A stretch of 64,000 nucleotides of DNA from Somniosus microcephalus (lineage: Eukaryota). Of this stretch, positions 49,052 through 61,600 are shown in pieces (the first letter of the stretch is position 1; the number at the start of each line of letters is the position of its first letter). The stretch lies in assembly GCA_052327205.1 (NCBI GenBank), contig CM126219.1, positions 40,982,001-41,046,000 of the forward strand. The letters run 5' to 3'. Below the pieces are notes generated by a model. The model was given only the letters and a program-made list of their open reading frames with translations, was not told the DNA's origin and did no database searches. Both the position numbers and the translations under genes were made by a program.

Positions 49052-52000
49052 GTACATTCCAGATCCTAACCACTCGCTGCGTAAAAAAGTTTTTCCACAT
49101 GTCGCCTTTGGTTCTTTTGCCAATCACCTTAAAACTGTGTCCTCTGGTTCTCGACCCTTCCGCCAATGGGAACCGTTTCTCTAACTATCTACTCTGTCTA
49201 GACCCCTCATGATTTTGAACACCTCTATCAAATCTCCTCTCTGTTTCCAGTCACTTAGCAATTTTCGTATCCATGCTGCCACTGTCCCTTTTATTCCATG
49301 GGCTTCAACTTTGCTGGCAAGCCTATTATGTGGCACTTTATCAAACGCCTTTTGGAAGTCCATGTACACCACATCAACCGCATTGCCCTCATCAACCCTC
49401 TCTGTTACCTCATCAAAAAACTCAATCAAGTTAGTTAAACACAATTTGCCTTCAACAAATCTGTGCTGGCTTTCCTTAATTAATCCACACTTATCCTAGT
49501 GACTGTTAACTTTGTCCCTGATTATCGCTTCTAAAAGCTTCCCCACTACCGAGGTTAAACTGACTGCCCTGTAGTTGCTGGATTTATCCTTACACCCTTT
49601 TTTGAACAAGGGTGTAACATTTGCAATTCTCCAGTCCTCTGGCACCACCCCTGTATCTAAGGAGGATTGGAAGATTATGGCCAGTACCTCCGCAATTTCC
49701 TTCTTAACTTGCCTCAGCATCCTAGGATGCATCCCATCCAGTCCTGGTGACTTATCAACTTTAAGTACAGACAGCCTTTCTCATACCTCCTCTTTATCAA
49801 GTTTTGTCTCATCCAATATCTCCACTACCTCCTCTTTCACTATGATTTTGTCAGCATCTTCTTCCTTGGTGAAGACAGATGCAAAGTACTCATTTAACAC
49901 CTCAGCCATGCCCTCTGCCTCCATGGGTAGGTCTCCTTTTTGGTCCCTCCTCTTACTACCTGTTTATTATTAATATGCCTATGGAAGACTTTTGGATTCC
50001 CTTTCATGTTAGCTGCTAGTCTATTCTCATACCCTCTCTTTGCCGCACTTATTTTCTTTTTCACTTCCCCTCTGAACTTTCTATATTCAGCCTGATTCTC
50101 ACTTGTATTCTCAACCTGACATCTGTCATATGCGCTCTTTTACTGCTTCATCTTATAAGAACATAAGAACATAAGAAATAAGAGCAGGAGTAGGTCATTT
50201 GGCCCTTCGAGCCTGCTCCGCCATTCAATAAGATCATGGCTGGTCTTCTACCTCATCTCCACTTACCTGAACTATCCCAATATCACTTGATTCCCTTAAT
50301 ATTCAAAAATCTATCGATCTCTGCCTTGAATATACTCAATGACTGAGCCTCCACTGCCCTCTGGGGTAGAGAATTCCAAAGATTTACCACCCTCTGAGTG
50401 AAGAAATTTCTCCTCATCTCAGTCCTAAATGGCTGACCCCTTATTCTGAGACTGTGACCCCTGGTTCTAGACTCCCCATCCAGGGGAAACATCCTCTCTG
50501 CATCTACCCTGTCAAGCCCTGTAAGAATTTTGTATGTTTCAATGAGATCACCTCTCATTCTTCTAAACTCTAGAGAATATAGGCATAGTCTACTCAATCT
50601 CTCTTCATAGGACAATGCCCCCATCCCAGGAACCAGTCTGGTGAACCTTTGTTGCACTCCCTCTATGGCAAGAATATCCTTCCTTAGGTAAGGAGACCAA
50701 AACTGTACACAATACTCCAGGTGTGGTCTCACCAGGGCCCTATATAATTGCAGTAAGACGTCTTTACTCTTATACTCAAATCCTCTTGTAATAAAGGCCA
50801 ACATGCCATTTGCTTTCCTAATTGCTTGCTGTACCTGCATGTTAACTTTCAGTGATTCGTGTACAAGGACACCCAGGTCCCTCTGAACACCAACATTTCC
50901 CAATCTCTCACCATTTAAAAAATACTCTGCTTTTCTACTTTTCCTAACAAAGTATATAACTTCACATTTCTCCACATTATATTCCATTTGCCATGTTCTT
51001 GCCCACTCACTTAGCTTGTCTATATCCCCTTGAAGCCTCTTTGCATCCTCCTCACAACTTACAACTTACACCCAGCTTTGTATCATCATCAAACTTGGAC
51101 ATATTACATTTGGTCCCCTCATCCAAATCATTGATTTAGATTGCGAATAGCTGAGGCCCAAATGCTGATCCTTGCGGTACCCCACTAGGTACAGCCTGCC
51201 AACCCGAAAATGACCTATTTATTCCTACTCTCTGTTTTCTGTCTGTTAACCAATCCTCAATCCATGCTAGTATATTACCCCCAATCCCATGAGCCCTAAT
51301 TTTGTTTAGTAAACCCTTGTGTGGCACCTTATCGAATGTCTTCTGAAAATCCAAATACATCACATCCAGTGGTTCCCCCTTATGTATTCTGCTAGTTACA
51401 ACCTCAAAAAACTCCAACAGATTATTCAAACACGATTTCCCTTTCATAAATCCATGTTGACTCTGCCAAATCCTATTATTATTTTCTAAGTGCCCTGTTA
51501 CCATGTCCTTAGTAATAGATTCAGCATTTCTCTCTCCCTCCTTTCTTAAATAGTGGGGTTACATTTGCTACCTTCCAATCCGCAGGAACCGTTCTAGAAT
51601 CTTACTCTCTCTATCTCTTTTGTCCTCCAGGGAGCTCTGGCTTTAGCTGCCCTACCTTTTACCCTTGTGGGAATGTACCTCGACTGTACCTGAAACAATT
51701 CTTCACAGGCAGCCTGTCAACAGTTTTGCCCGTCAATCTTTGATTCCAATTTACCTGGGCAGATCCATTCTCAACCCACTGAAATTGGCTTTCCTCCAAT
51801 TAATTATTTTTACTCTCGATTGCTCCCTGTCCTTTTCCATAGCTAATCTAAACCTTATGATACTATGATCACTGTTCCCTAAATGTTCCCCTACTGACAC
51901 TTGCTCCACTTGACACACCTCATTCCCCAGAACTAAATCCAGCAATGCCTCCTTCCTCATTGGGCCGGAAATTTACTGTTCAAGAAAGTTCTCCTGAACA

Positions 52001-52450
52001 CACTTCAGAAATTCTTCCCCCTTTCTGCCCTTTACACTATTACTATCCCAGTCTATATTAGGATAATTGAAGTCCCCCATTGTTACTACTCTATAGTTCT
52101 TGCACCTCTCTGTAATTGCCCTGCAAATTTGCTCCTCCATATCTTTCCCACTAGTTGGTGGCCTATAGAATACACCTAGTAGTGTAATGGCACCTCTATT
52201 ATTTCTTAACTCTAACCAAATAGATTCTGTCCTTGACCCCTCCAGGAAACCCTCTCTCTCCAGCACTGTAACATTCTCCTTAACCAATACTGTCACCCCA
52301 CCTCCTTTCTTTCCTTCGCTATCTTTCCTGAACACCTTATATGCAGGAATATTTAATACCCAATCCTGCCCTTTTTTGAGCCAGGTTTCTGTTATCACCA
52401 CAACATCATATTCCCATGTGGCTATTTGCACCTGCAGCTCACCACCATCC
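49052..52450 (-). mobile_element. Internally deleted CR1 ORF2 (EN to RT)
   Basis: YDVVVITETW, GVFYRPP, GDFNYP, LDLVLGN, SDH, MHPRML, DFQKAFDKVPH. Confidence 0.88.
50155..51600 (-). mobile_element. CR1 nested within the 49052-52450 CR1
   Basis: Has its own (TTCTTATG)n tail at ~50155-50180 and RT ORFs at 50283-50987 and 51136-51504. Confidence 0.88.
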
Positions 52451-52744
52451 TAACAGTAAACAATTCCTTGCTGTGTATTTCGAGTGCTACTTAAATCCAT
52501 CCTCAGCTTTCAATGTTCACTTGCTGATTGAGGCTGACTGACTACACTGATTTTGAAGAGCACTTTTGAGACACATCGGGAGATTTTCTGTGACACTTTG
52601 TCAAGTCTTCATTGTATCAACATTTTTCCTGGATATTCTCTCAGTACTTCACCTAAAAAGAGTGAGTGCTGTACTACTGTACATTATTGGACACCTTACA
52701 GGAGTCACCAGGAGAAAGGGAGTGGTTGGTGTTGGGCATCTTGC

Positions 52745-53916
52745 ATGGGGCCTCCCTTGTTCTGCATGATGAATTGGAGGAGATGAGTCTAGGCAGAGCA
52801 GCACCAGCTGCTGCAGGAGAGAGGGACAGGAGAGCGAGGAAGGCTCGCAGCAGGAGGCCCTATCCTCCCAAGGTCTTCAGAGAGCACTACTCCTACATTC
52901 ACATGGCCCAAGACCAGTGCATGAGGAGGCTGCGCTTTACCAAGGAAGTCGTCACAGAGATCTGTGGCCCCATGGAATGAAGACTCAGATGTCGCAGCAC
53001 AGCCAGGATTGCGTTGCCTGTGGCAGTCAAGGTCACAGTCGCACTTAACTTTTATGCTACTGGAACCTTCCAGGCTGCCACAGGTGATATAAGCCACATC
53101 TCACAATCTTCTGCGCACTTCTGCCAAAGGCAGGTCTCTATGTCTCTGTACGCTCTGAGGGATGACTATATATCATTCCCTATTGCCAGAGAAGTCCAGA
53201 GGCAAAGAGTTCTAGGATTTGACAGGATTGACCTAGGGAACCATTGACTGTACACATATGGCCATGCAAGATCCTGATTTAAACTCGGAGGTGTTTAGGA
53301 ACAGGAAGGGATTTAATTCCCCCAACGTACAGCTTGTCTGCGACCACGATCAGTGCATCCTGCAGGTGAATGCCTGCTATCCAGGGAGCTGCCATGATGC
53401 ATTTATAATGAGACAGTCATCCGTCCCACCGATGTTAGAGCCCCAACGCAATGTGCATGGCTGACTAGTAGGTGACCCTCTGATGTCATGGCTCATGACT
53501 CCCGTGAGAAACCCCGAGACATGAGCTGAGCACTCTTTTACAATGAGAGCCACTCAGCCACCAGGAATATCATTGAGCAAACCATTGGGATCCTCAAGCA
53601 GAGGTTTAGGTGCATTGACGGGTCAGGGGGTGCCCTGCAGTACTCGGCCAAGAATGTGTCCACATTCGTGGTGATTCGCCGCATGCTCCACAATCCGGCA
53701 ATCATGAGAGACCAGCCATTACCACCAGCAATTGTGCCAGAGGGTCAAGCTCAGGAGCCTCAAGAGGAGGAGGAGGAGGAGGAAGAGGGGGAAGAGGAAG
53801 AGGAGGTTGAGGAGGAGGAAGAGGAGGGGGGCCAGGGGGAGCACCAGGGGCTTCCAGGTAGATGGGCATCACCTGGGAGAGACACTCGCCACCATCTAAT
53901 TAAACAGCGCTTTTGA
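52745..53916 (+). pseudogene. Harbinger DDE transposase 2, disrupted
   Basis: RRLRFTKEVVTEIC, VALNFYATGTFQ, NRKGFNS, YPGSCHDAFI, LKQRFRCID.SGGALQY codons and a poly-E tail. Confidence 0.88.
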
Positions 53917-54720
53917 AAGACGGGCTTCACCATCAGACTCCGGAGCACTGTGGCCACATGATGTACCTTCCACGACTTAGGATCCATCAGGCAGTCCATC
54001 ATCTGCACTCAATCCTTTCAACCCCTTCCCCATGAAGATCACAATAAAAAAGACCACCAATTCCACCACTACCCAATTATCACTGTTTATATACATCAAT
54101 TGATGGCCCCACCTCAGACTGCACCCTCTCAGCATGGGCTTCAGCAGTCTGGGCCGCCTCACTGACAGGCAATGGCAAGGGCAATGGTGGAGTGATGGGG
54201 GAGGGAGCTGCAATGCTGGCGTCCGGAGAGAGGCCAGTAGGTTCCTGCTCCATGATACCCACGTCACTACCTCGGGGCCTCTGTTCAGCCCTCCCAGTGG
54301 TCTGGTGGAGGAGAGATCTGTGGGCATCAGAGACACTCTGCAAGCCCCTTTCAACTGAGCCCAGAGCCACCATGGCAGCTTCCTGAGCTTTTGTTGCAGC
54401 AGGTTGCCGTTCCATGCAAGCTGCAATGACTGCAGTGGAAGCCGCGGCCTCAGTCATCAGACGTTGCATGATGTTGGGCTCCACAGGTCGCTGGCTGGAA
54501 GTCACCAGCCTCTCCATGCTGGAGAGGATGGGTTCCAGGCTCTGCGCCCAGCCATGGACCAAGGTGGAGGCGGACTCCTCCATCCCCTAGACACGACCCG
54601 TAGGCTTTCAGGCAGACTCTCCATTGCACCAAGCATTTGGTTTGTCGCAAGCATCAGCCTTCTTCTGAAGCTTGGCCCTGTGAGGTCCTCATCTGACTCC
54701 TCTACAGCAGAACTAGTATG

Positions 54721-54968
54721 TGATGCGCTATCAATTACTCATAAAAGACGGAGAGTTAGGAGAGTAACTAAAGGCTTTTATTAGCAAAGAACAGAGCATG
54801 TCTCTCGTGGTTGACTGGGTTCCAAGAAGGCAGGGGGCTGCCGAGCGGTCACCTTTATACCTGGGCCTGTGGGTGGAGCCAGGGGCGGAGCCAGCAGAGA
54901 CATGCTGAGGCATGCATAGGTACAACAGTGTGCAACAGCAACAACAACAATAACAGTGGTTTACCACA
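54721..54968 (-). repeat. 3' LTR of Gypsy 2 (248 bp)
   Basis: TG...CA ends, minus-strand TATAAA and AATAAA. Confidence 0.95.
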
Positions 54969-55010
54969 TTCACCCCTTGTTTAAAATTGAGTCCGGCGGG
55001 GTGAAGTGTA

Positions 55011-58000
55011 CTAAAGGTTCGTGTAAGTAAGTCTATCAGGTGGCCTTGTATGCCGTCCTGATCGTCGTGGTGGCGGCGGTGATGGTGCAGCATCCAACGT
55101 TGAATCAGGCATCTCATTGAGTGGTTGGGTGGTCAATGACGGGTCCTGAGGCTGCGGCATGCCGCCTAGCGGGGTTGGGTTGTGGGTAGTGGTGGATGGC
55201 AATGGTAGTGTTTCAGGGACCGAAGGTGCGAGATCTCGTGTGGAGGCTGTGTCCTCCCGCCCGTCCGGGTACGCTACGTAAGCGTACTGGGGGTAGGCGT
55301 GGGTAGTGGTGGGTGGCGAAGGAGGTGTTTCGGGGGCACCCGAAGGTGCGAGGTCTCGTATGGAGACTGTGTCCTCCCGCCCGTCCGGGTACACCACGTA
55401 AGCATACTGAGGGTTGGCATGGAGGAGGCTCACCCTCTCGACCAGGGGGTCCGTCTTATGGGACCTCACGTGCTTCCGCAGTAGGACGGGTCCTGGAGAA
55501 GTCAGCCATGTCGGTAACGAGATCCCCGATGTGGACTTCCTGGGGAAGGAGAACATTCTCTTATGAGGGGTGGCATTGGTGGCTGTACAGAGCAGTGACC
55601 GAATGGAATGGAGCGCCGCAGGGAGGACCTCCTGCCAGCGAGAGGTCAGAAGGCCCTTAGATTTCAAGTTTAAAAGGACTGCCTTCCAGACCGTCGCATT
55701 CTCCCTTTCCACCTGGCCATTCCCCCGGGGGTTGTAGCTGGTGGTCCTGCTTGTAGCAATACCTCTCGCGAGCAGGTACTGACGAAGTTCGTCGCTCATA
55801 AAGGATGAGCCCCTGTCGCTATGAATATAGCTAGGGAAACCGAACAAGGCGAAGAGGTCATTCAGACATTTAATGACCGTGGTATTGGTCATGTCTGAGC
55901 AAGGGATGGCAAACGGGAAACGGGAGTACTCGTCAATTATGTTGAGGAAGTACACATTGCGGTCAGAGGAGGGGAGGGGCCCTTTAATATCGACGCTCAG
56001 CCGTTCAAAGGGGCACGTGGCTTTGGGATCAGGCTTGCTCTGTCTGGCCTATAAAAATGCGGTTTGCACTCGGCACAGATTTGGCAGTTCCTGGTCATGG
56101 TCCTGACCTCCTCGATGGAGTAGGGCAGGTTACGGGATTTGATGAAGTGAAAAAACCTGGTGACCCCCGGGTGGCAGAGGTCATTGTGGAGGGTCTTCAG
56201 TCTATCAACCTGCGCGTTGGCGCATGTACCACGTGATAGGGCATCTGGAGGCTCATTGAGTTTCCCGGGCCGGTACAAGATATCGTAATTGTAGGTGGAG
56301 AGTTCGATTCTCCACCTCAAGATCTTGTCATTCTTGATTTTGCCCCTCTGCTTATTATTAAACATAAAAGCTACTGAACGCTGGTCAGTGAGCAGGGTAA
56401 ATCGTTTTCCGGCCAGGTAATGCCTCCAATGTCGCACAGCTTCCACAATGGCCTGGGCCTCCTTTTCGACAGAGGAGTGTCGAATCTCGGGGCCCTGGAG
56501 GGTCCTTGAGAAAAAGGCCACGGGTCTCCCCGCCTGGTTAAGGGTTGCAGTTAGGGCAAAGTCGGATGCGTCGCTCTCCACTTGGAAAGTGATGGACTCA
56601 TCCACTGCGTGCATCATGGCCCTCGCAATATCTCTTTTTATGAGAGTGAAGGCTGCACAGGCCTCTGCTGCCAGGGGGAAGGAGGTGGACTTCATGAGGG
56701 GTCTGGCTTTGTCCGCATAGTTGGGCACCCACTGAGCATAGTACGAGAAAAACCCTAGGCATCTCTTCAGTGCCTTTTGGCAGTGGGGGAGGGGGAGCGC
56801 CATAAGGGGGCGCATCCTGTCGGGGTCGGGGCCGATGACTCCGTTCTCCACTACACAGCCAAGAATGGCAAGGCGCTTGGTACGAAACATACATTTGTCC
56901 TTGTTGTATGTTAGGTTCAGCCGCTGGGCCGTACGGAGGAATTTCTCTAGGTTAACAGGTCCTGCTGGTTGCAGCCGCAGATGGTGACGTTGTCTAGATA
57001 GGGGAAAGTGGCCTGGAGCACGTTCTGGTCAACCATCCGGTCCATCTCCCGTTGGAAGACTGAAACCCCGTTGGTGACGCCGAAGGGAACTCTGAGGAAG
57101 TGGTAGAGACGACCGTCAGCTTCAAAAGCTGTGTACTGGCGGTCCTCAGCCCTGATGGGGAGCTGGTGGTATGCTGACTTTAGATCAATCGTCGAGAACA
57201 CCCGGTATTGTGCTATCTGATTGACCATGTCAGATATGCGGGGGAGTGGGTATGCATCTAGCTGGGTGTAGCGATTGATCGTCTGGCTGTAGTCAATAAC
57301 TAGGCGCTGTTTTTCGCCAGTCTTCACTACCACCACTTGTGCTCGCCATGGGCTGGTGCTACTTTCAATAATCCCTTCCTTCAGGAGTCTCGCTACCTCG
57401 GATTTAATGAAGCTCCTATCCCCGGCACTGTAACGCCTGCTTTTGGTAGCGATGGGCTTACAGTCGCGGGTGAGGTTAGCGAACAAGGAGGGGGGGGGAA
57501 CTTTAAGGGTGGAGAGGCTGCAAATGGTGCGCGGTGGGCGATTTAAAAGCTGCTGGCTGCAGACTGTGAGTGGGGGGAGGGGTCCGTCGTACGCTAATGT
57601 GACACTCTTAAGGTGGCACTGAAAATCCAACCCCAGTAGAACGGCAGCGCAGAGATGGGGCAGGACCAGGAGTTTAAAATTTTTGTATTCTGTGCCCCTT
57701 ACTGAAAGGGTCACTACACAGTAGCCACCGACGTCCGCTGACTGGGCTTTGGAAGCCAAAGAGATCCGATGGCGCGTCGGCAGGACCGGGAGAGAGTAAC
57801 TGCGCATCGTGTCAGGGTGGATAAAGCTCTCCATGCTCCCGCTGTCAAAAAGGCAGGTAGTGGCGCGGCCGTTTACCGTAATGTCCATCATGGACCTGGA
57901 CAGTTGATGAGGGAGAGATTGGTCCAGCGTCACGGAGGCCAGCGTATGGTCAAGCGAGTCGATGTGGTCATCAGATGAGGCGGTGGTTGAGTCCAGGTCC

Positions 58001-58932
58001 CCCGTGGTTGAAGTTGGAGACGTCCAAGATGGCGGACAAAATGGCGGCGCCCATGATCCCGATCCCCACGCGGCTGGGGGAGCCCAAGATGGCAGACAAG
58101 ATGGCTGCCCCCATGGTTCACACGCGGCGCTGCTGGCGTTAGCGGTTTTACCTTTGCAGGCGCTGACATAGTGTCCTTTCTTCCCGCAGCCGAAGCAGGT
58201 AGCGTTTCTCGCCGGGCAGCGTGCTCTGGGGTGTTTTGCCTGGCCACAAAAATAACATTTCTCTGCCTTGGACATCGCAGCAGCAGTTGAAGGTGGCGGT
58301 CCCATGACCCAAGGTTGTGGCGTCCACGTTGCGGAGCGGTTAGGGGAGAAGGCGTCCATATTCCTGTGGGCCGCGTCGAGCGAGAGCGCGAGGGACACTG
58401 CCTTTCTCAGGTCCATTTCTCCCTTTTCCAACAGTCTCTGCCGGGAGTAGTCGGACCTTAGACCCGCAACAAAAGCATCTCGGATCAGTCCCTCCGTGTG
58501 TGCTGCGGCTGATACTTCTTTGCAATCGCAGCCTCGGCCGAGTATCCGTAGTGCCCGTAGGAAGGCCTCCACCGATTCCCTGGGCTGCTGTCTGCGGGAT
58601 CTTAAGAGGTGCCTGGCATAGACCGTATTTACCGGGCGTGCGTATTGCCCTTTTAGCAGATCGATAGCCGCCGCGTAGGTCGTCGCGTCCTGGATTATTG
58701 TATAAACTTGGTGGCTCACCTTTGAGGCCAGGATTTCCAACATGTTTTCGTCCAGGGTCACAGTTGAGGCTTGCAGGTAGGCCTCGAAGCAACGCAGCCA
58801 ATGCGCGAATTTGGTAGCCGAACCCGCTTCTTGGGGGTCTGGGTCCAGGCATGTTGGTCTGAGGGCTCGCAGCAGCTCCTGCTGCTCAGCGTTTGGTGCA
58901 GCAGCCTGCTGCTCAGCGTTTGTTGTCGACAT
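55011..58932 (-). pseudogene. Gag-Pol of Gypsy 2, with two frameshifts (~56950 and ~56030)
   Basis: ORFs 56947-58932, 55997-56890 and 55011-55955 are collinear with the Gypsy 1 polyprotein. Confidence 0.93.
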
Positions 58933-58952
58933 TTTGTTTTTGCTAATAAAAT

Positions 58953-59857
58953 TGATGCGCTATCAATTACTCATAAAAGACAGAGGCCTAGAAATTGAGT
59001 TTGCGCTGCGCCAGGGCTTTAGCGCTGGAAGTTAGCGCCGGCGCTAAGTCCCTTTGCGCGCGCCAAAACGGCTGCCGGCGCTACTGAAGGGTTTTAGCGC
59101 CTGAAAACTGGTGCAACGCGCCGCATTGCGGCGCTATTCCGGCGCTGCGGCGCCCGCTGCGGTGCGGCAGGCTCGGGAAGTGCAGGCCTCCTCCTTCCGT
59201 TAAGGAGGAGCTGCCTGCACCCGGCCGCGGCCCGCGCAAATCTCTGCAAAAATGAGCCCGGCACCTCGGACAAGTGCCGGGCTTGCATCTGTTCCGGGGG
59301 GGGAGAAGTCCGGGGAGGGAGCTGCGGGCAGGCGGCCGGTGGGAAAGCGGCCGGCCGCCGCGCCTCCTTAAAGCGCCGACGCAGACTCCGGCAACACTCG
59401 TTTGCCGGAGTCTTAGTTGCGGCTGCCACTGGTGAGGCGGCCGCAACTGAATTTCGGCTTGGGGCCGGGTTACCACGGCAACCGGGACGCTGCGCACACC
59501 GATGACGTCATCGGTGCCGGCGCAGCGCTACCGGTCTACCGCCGCGGAAGGGCCCCAGGCAATTTAGGAACCGGCGCCAATTGCAGCGCTAGGCCCTCTA
59601 GCGCCGCAAAATCGGTGCTAAGGGCACTGAATTTCTAGGCCAGAGAGTTAGGAGAGTAACTAAAGGCTTTTATTAGCAAAGAACAGAGCATGTCTCTCGT
59701 GGTTGACTGGGTTCCAAGAAGGCAGGGGGCTGCCGAGCGGTCACCTTTATACCTGGGCCTGTGGGTGGAGCCAGGGGCGGAGCCAGCAGAGACATGCTGA
59801 GGCATGCATAGGTACAACAGTGTGCAACAACAACAACAATAACAGTGGTTTACCACA
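58953..59857 (-). repeat. 5' LTR of Gypsy 2, interrupted by a MITE
   Basis: After removing the MITE it matches the 3' LTR except for one substitution and a 3-bp microsatellite indel. Confidence 0.93.
58985..59641. mobile_element. GC-rich Harbinger-type MITE (GGCCTAGAAATT family)
   Basis: TIRs GGCCTAGAAATT / AATTTCTAGGCC, 3-bp TSD AGA. The other LTR shows the empty site. Confidence 0.95.
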
Positions 59858-61284
59858 GTATGCGACCTTGCCCCCTGGAAAGGTGGCACCTCTGGTATCC
59901 CTTCCACCCTGCATGGCTGCTGCCCACTAGCGCCCGGTGCATCCCACTGTGAGGATCCCTATTCTAAGCTAGCCTCTAAGTTGCATGTAATGCCAATCTC
60001 TGAGCTGGTGCCTGCGACAGTGGTAGCCATTGATGCAGTGCTTTCGTCCTCGCTCTCCTCCTCTTCCTCTGGGGACGGGTGAGGTGGCTGTTGCTCTTCC
60101 TGAACCTGCTCCACGGGACGAGGTGCATCTTGCTCCTGGGAGCCTGCAATGATAAAGCTGGAAGGGTTAGGGTGCAGCGTATGTGGCCACTACAGGACGA
60201 TGTTTGTGATGAGACTATATGGAGCTTGGGAGTAAGAATAGCTTTGGGTGATTAGGGATCAAAAATAGCTGTGCATCTGCAAGGAAGCTGCAGTGGTCAC
60301 ATATCTCTAGGCAAGATGCCCCCTGCTCTGCCTCTGGCTATAGCATCTCCCACTCCCTCCCGATCAAGGCCAGCACTGCCTCCTCAAGGAGAGTGATGTC
60401 ATGAATTTGTGTTTCCCCTCCCCCGGTTAGGTCCTGCTGCCACTGTTATGTGCTAATTTCTCCTGGAAGAGAAAGAGTGATGATTGTGAATGAGTGTATT
60501 GGCAGGTGTATTTGTGTCTGTGTGATGCCTCACATAGTTGAAGAGCTGTGTGGTGTGTCTGAGGTGTGAGTAGTGCCTGTGAAGGATGCAGTAGTGTGGG
60601 GTGTGTGAATGGCAGTGTATAGTTAGATGATGGATGGAGTGTGTTGAAGTTGTGATGCTGGTGCAGTTATTAAGAAGTGTGTTTGTGAGATGGGATCTTA
60701 CCTTGACCACTCGTGTCAAGTCATTAAATTTCTTGTGGCACTGGAGCCATGTCCTGGGGCCTCCTGGACGATCTGCTCCCACATGCGGCGCATCAGCTGC
60801 CTCTGTGGCCTCCATATCCTTCATGCTGGTAGAGGACATCCCTCCTGCTCTCTACCTCCTCCACCAGGACCTCCAGTGCTGCAACGGAAAACCCGGCCAC
60901 CCTCTTTCTTGCTCCTTGAGGCATCCCTCCACGCCCAGCCATCGCACTCCACACCTTCAGTGGAAGTGCGTGAGTGCAGGCTTACAAGCAGCTCTGGGAA
61001 AATTGCATCTAAACGGCGCTCGAGTGCTAAACCTGCAGCTGTTGGTTTCTGCGCCTGCAGCCAAGTTCAAATCGTGATAATCATTAGCCTGAAAATTGCG
61101 TGCTAAATCCAAACTTTCAAACAGACGTCTCTTATTGGCACAGCGCCCAGTTAGAGTCTGTTTTCACCTTTTGGTCAAAATAACCCCCTAAGTCTCCTGT
61201 GTAACTGAGCCTGAGGTTTGCAGGGCCCTTGCACTAGTGTTCCTTTTACATAAGGAGCACACAATGACAGAAGCAGGCAGACCA

Positions 61285-61600
61285 TCATACAACCCTCCGA
61301 GATCGCTGCACTCCTCCAGTTTTGGCCTCTTGCGCATCCCCGATCTTCATCTCTCCACCATTGGCGGCCACGCCTTCAGCTGCTTAGGCCCTAAGCTCTG
61401 GAATTCCTTCCAAAAACCTCTCCTCCTCTCTACCACTCTCTCCTCCTTTAAGACGCCCCTTAAAACCTACCTCTTTGCTCACCTGTCCTAATATCGCCTT
61501 AAGTGGCTTGTTGTCAAATTTTGTTTGAAAAGGCTGCTTTGAAGCACCTTGGGGTGTGTTACTACATTAAAGGTGTGATATCAATGCAAGTTGTTGTTGT
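61285..61600 (+). mobile_element. L2-clade LINE 3' end
   Basis: GGHAFSCLGPKLWNS..SFKTPLKTYLF and the tail TATCAATGCAAGTTGTTGTTG. Confidence 0.8.

Larger units (their letters stand above)
54721..59857 (-). mobile_element. Full-length Ty3/Gypsy element 2 (Mag-like; related to, but distinct from, Gypsy 1)
   Basis: LTRs at 54721-54968 and 58953-59857, 5-bp TSD GTATG, PPT CAAGGGGTGAA (minus strand, 54969-54979). Confidence 0.96.
54080..60924 (-). pseudogene. Spliced Myb/SANT-like gene of Harbinger 2; the last exon is split by Gypsy 2
   Basis: MPQGARKRVAGFSVAALEVLVEEVESRRDVLY..RTWLQCHKKFNDLTRVVK. Exon 2 at ~60300-60465. Exon 3 reads ARSH|TSSAVEESDED across the insertion. Confidence 0.8.
49022..61188 (+). 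mobile_element. Degraded autonomous-type PIF/Harbinger transposon 2, with nested CR1s, Gypsy 2 and a MITE
   Basis: Imperfect TIRs GGGGGCAATTTTAACC / GGTCAAAATAACCCCC (13/16), convergent transposase and Myb genes. The left end is less certain and no TSD is seen. Confidence 0.7.
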
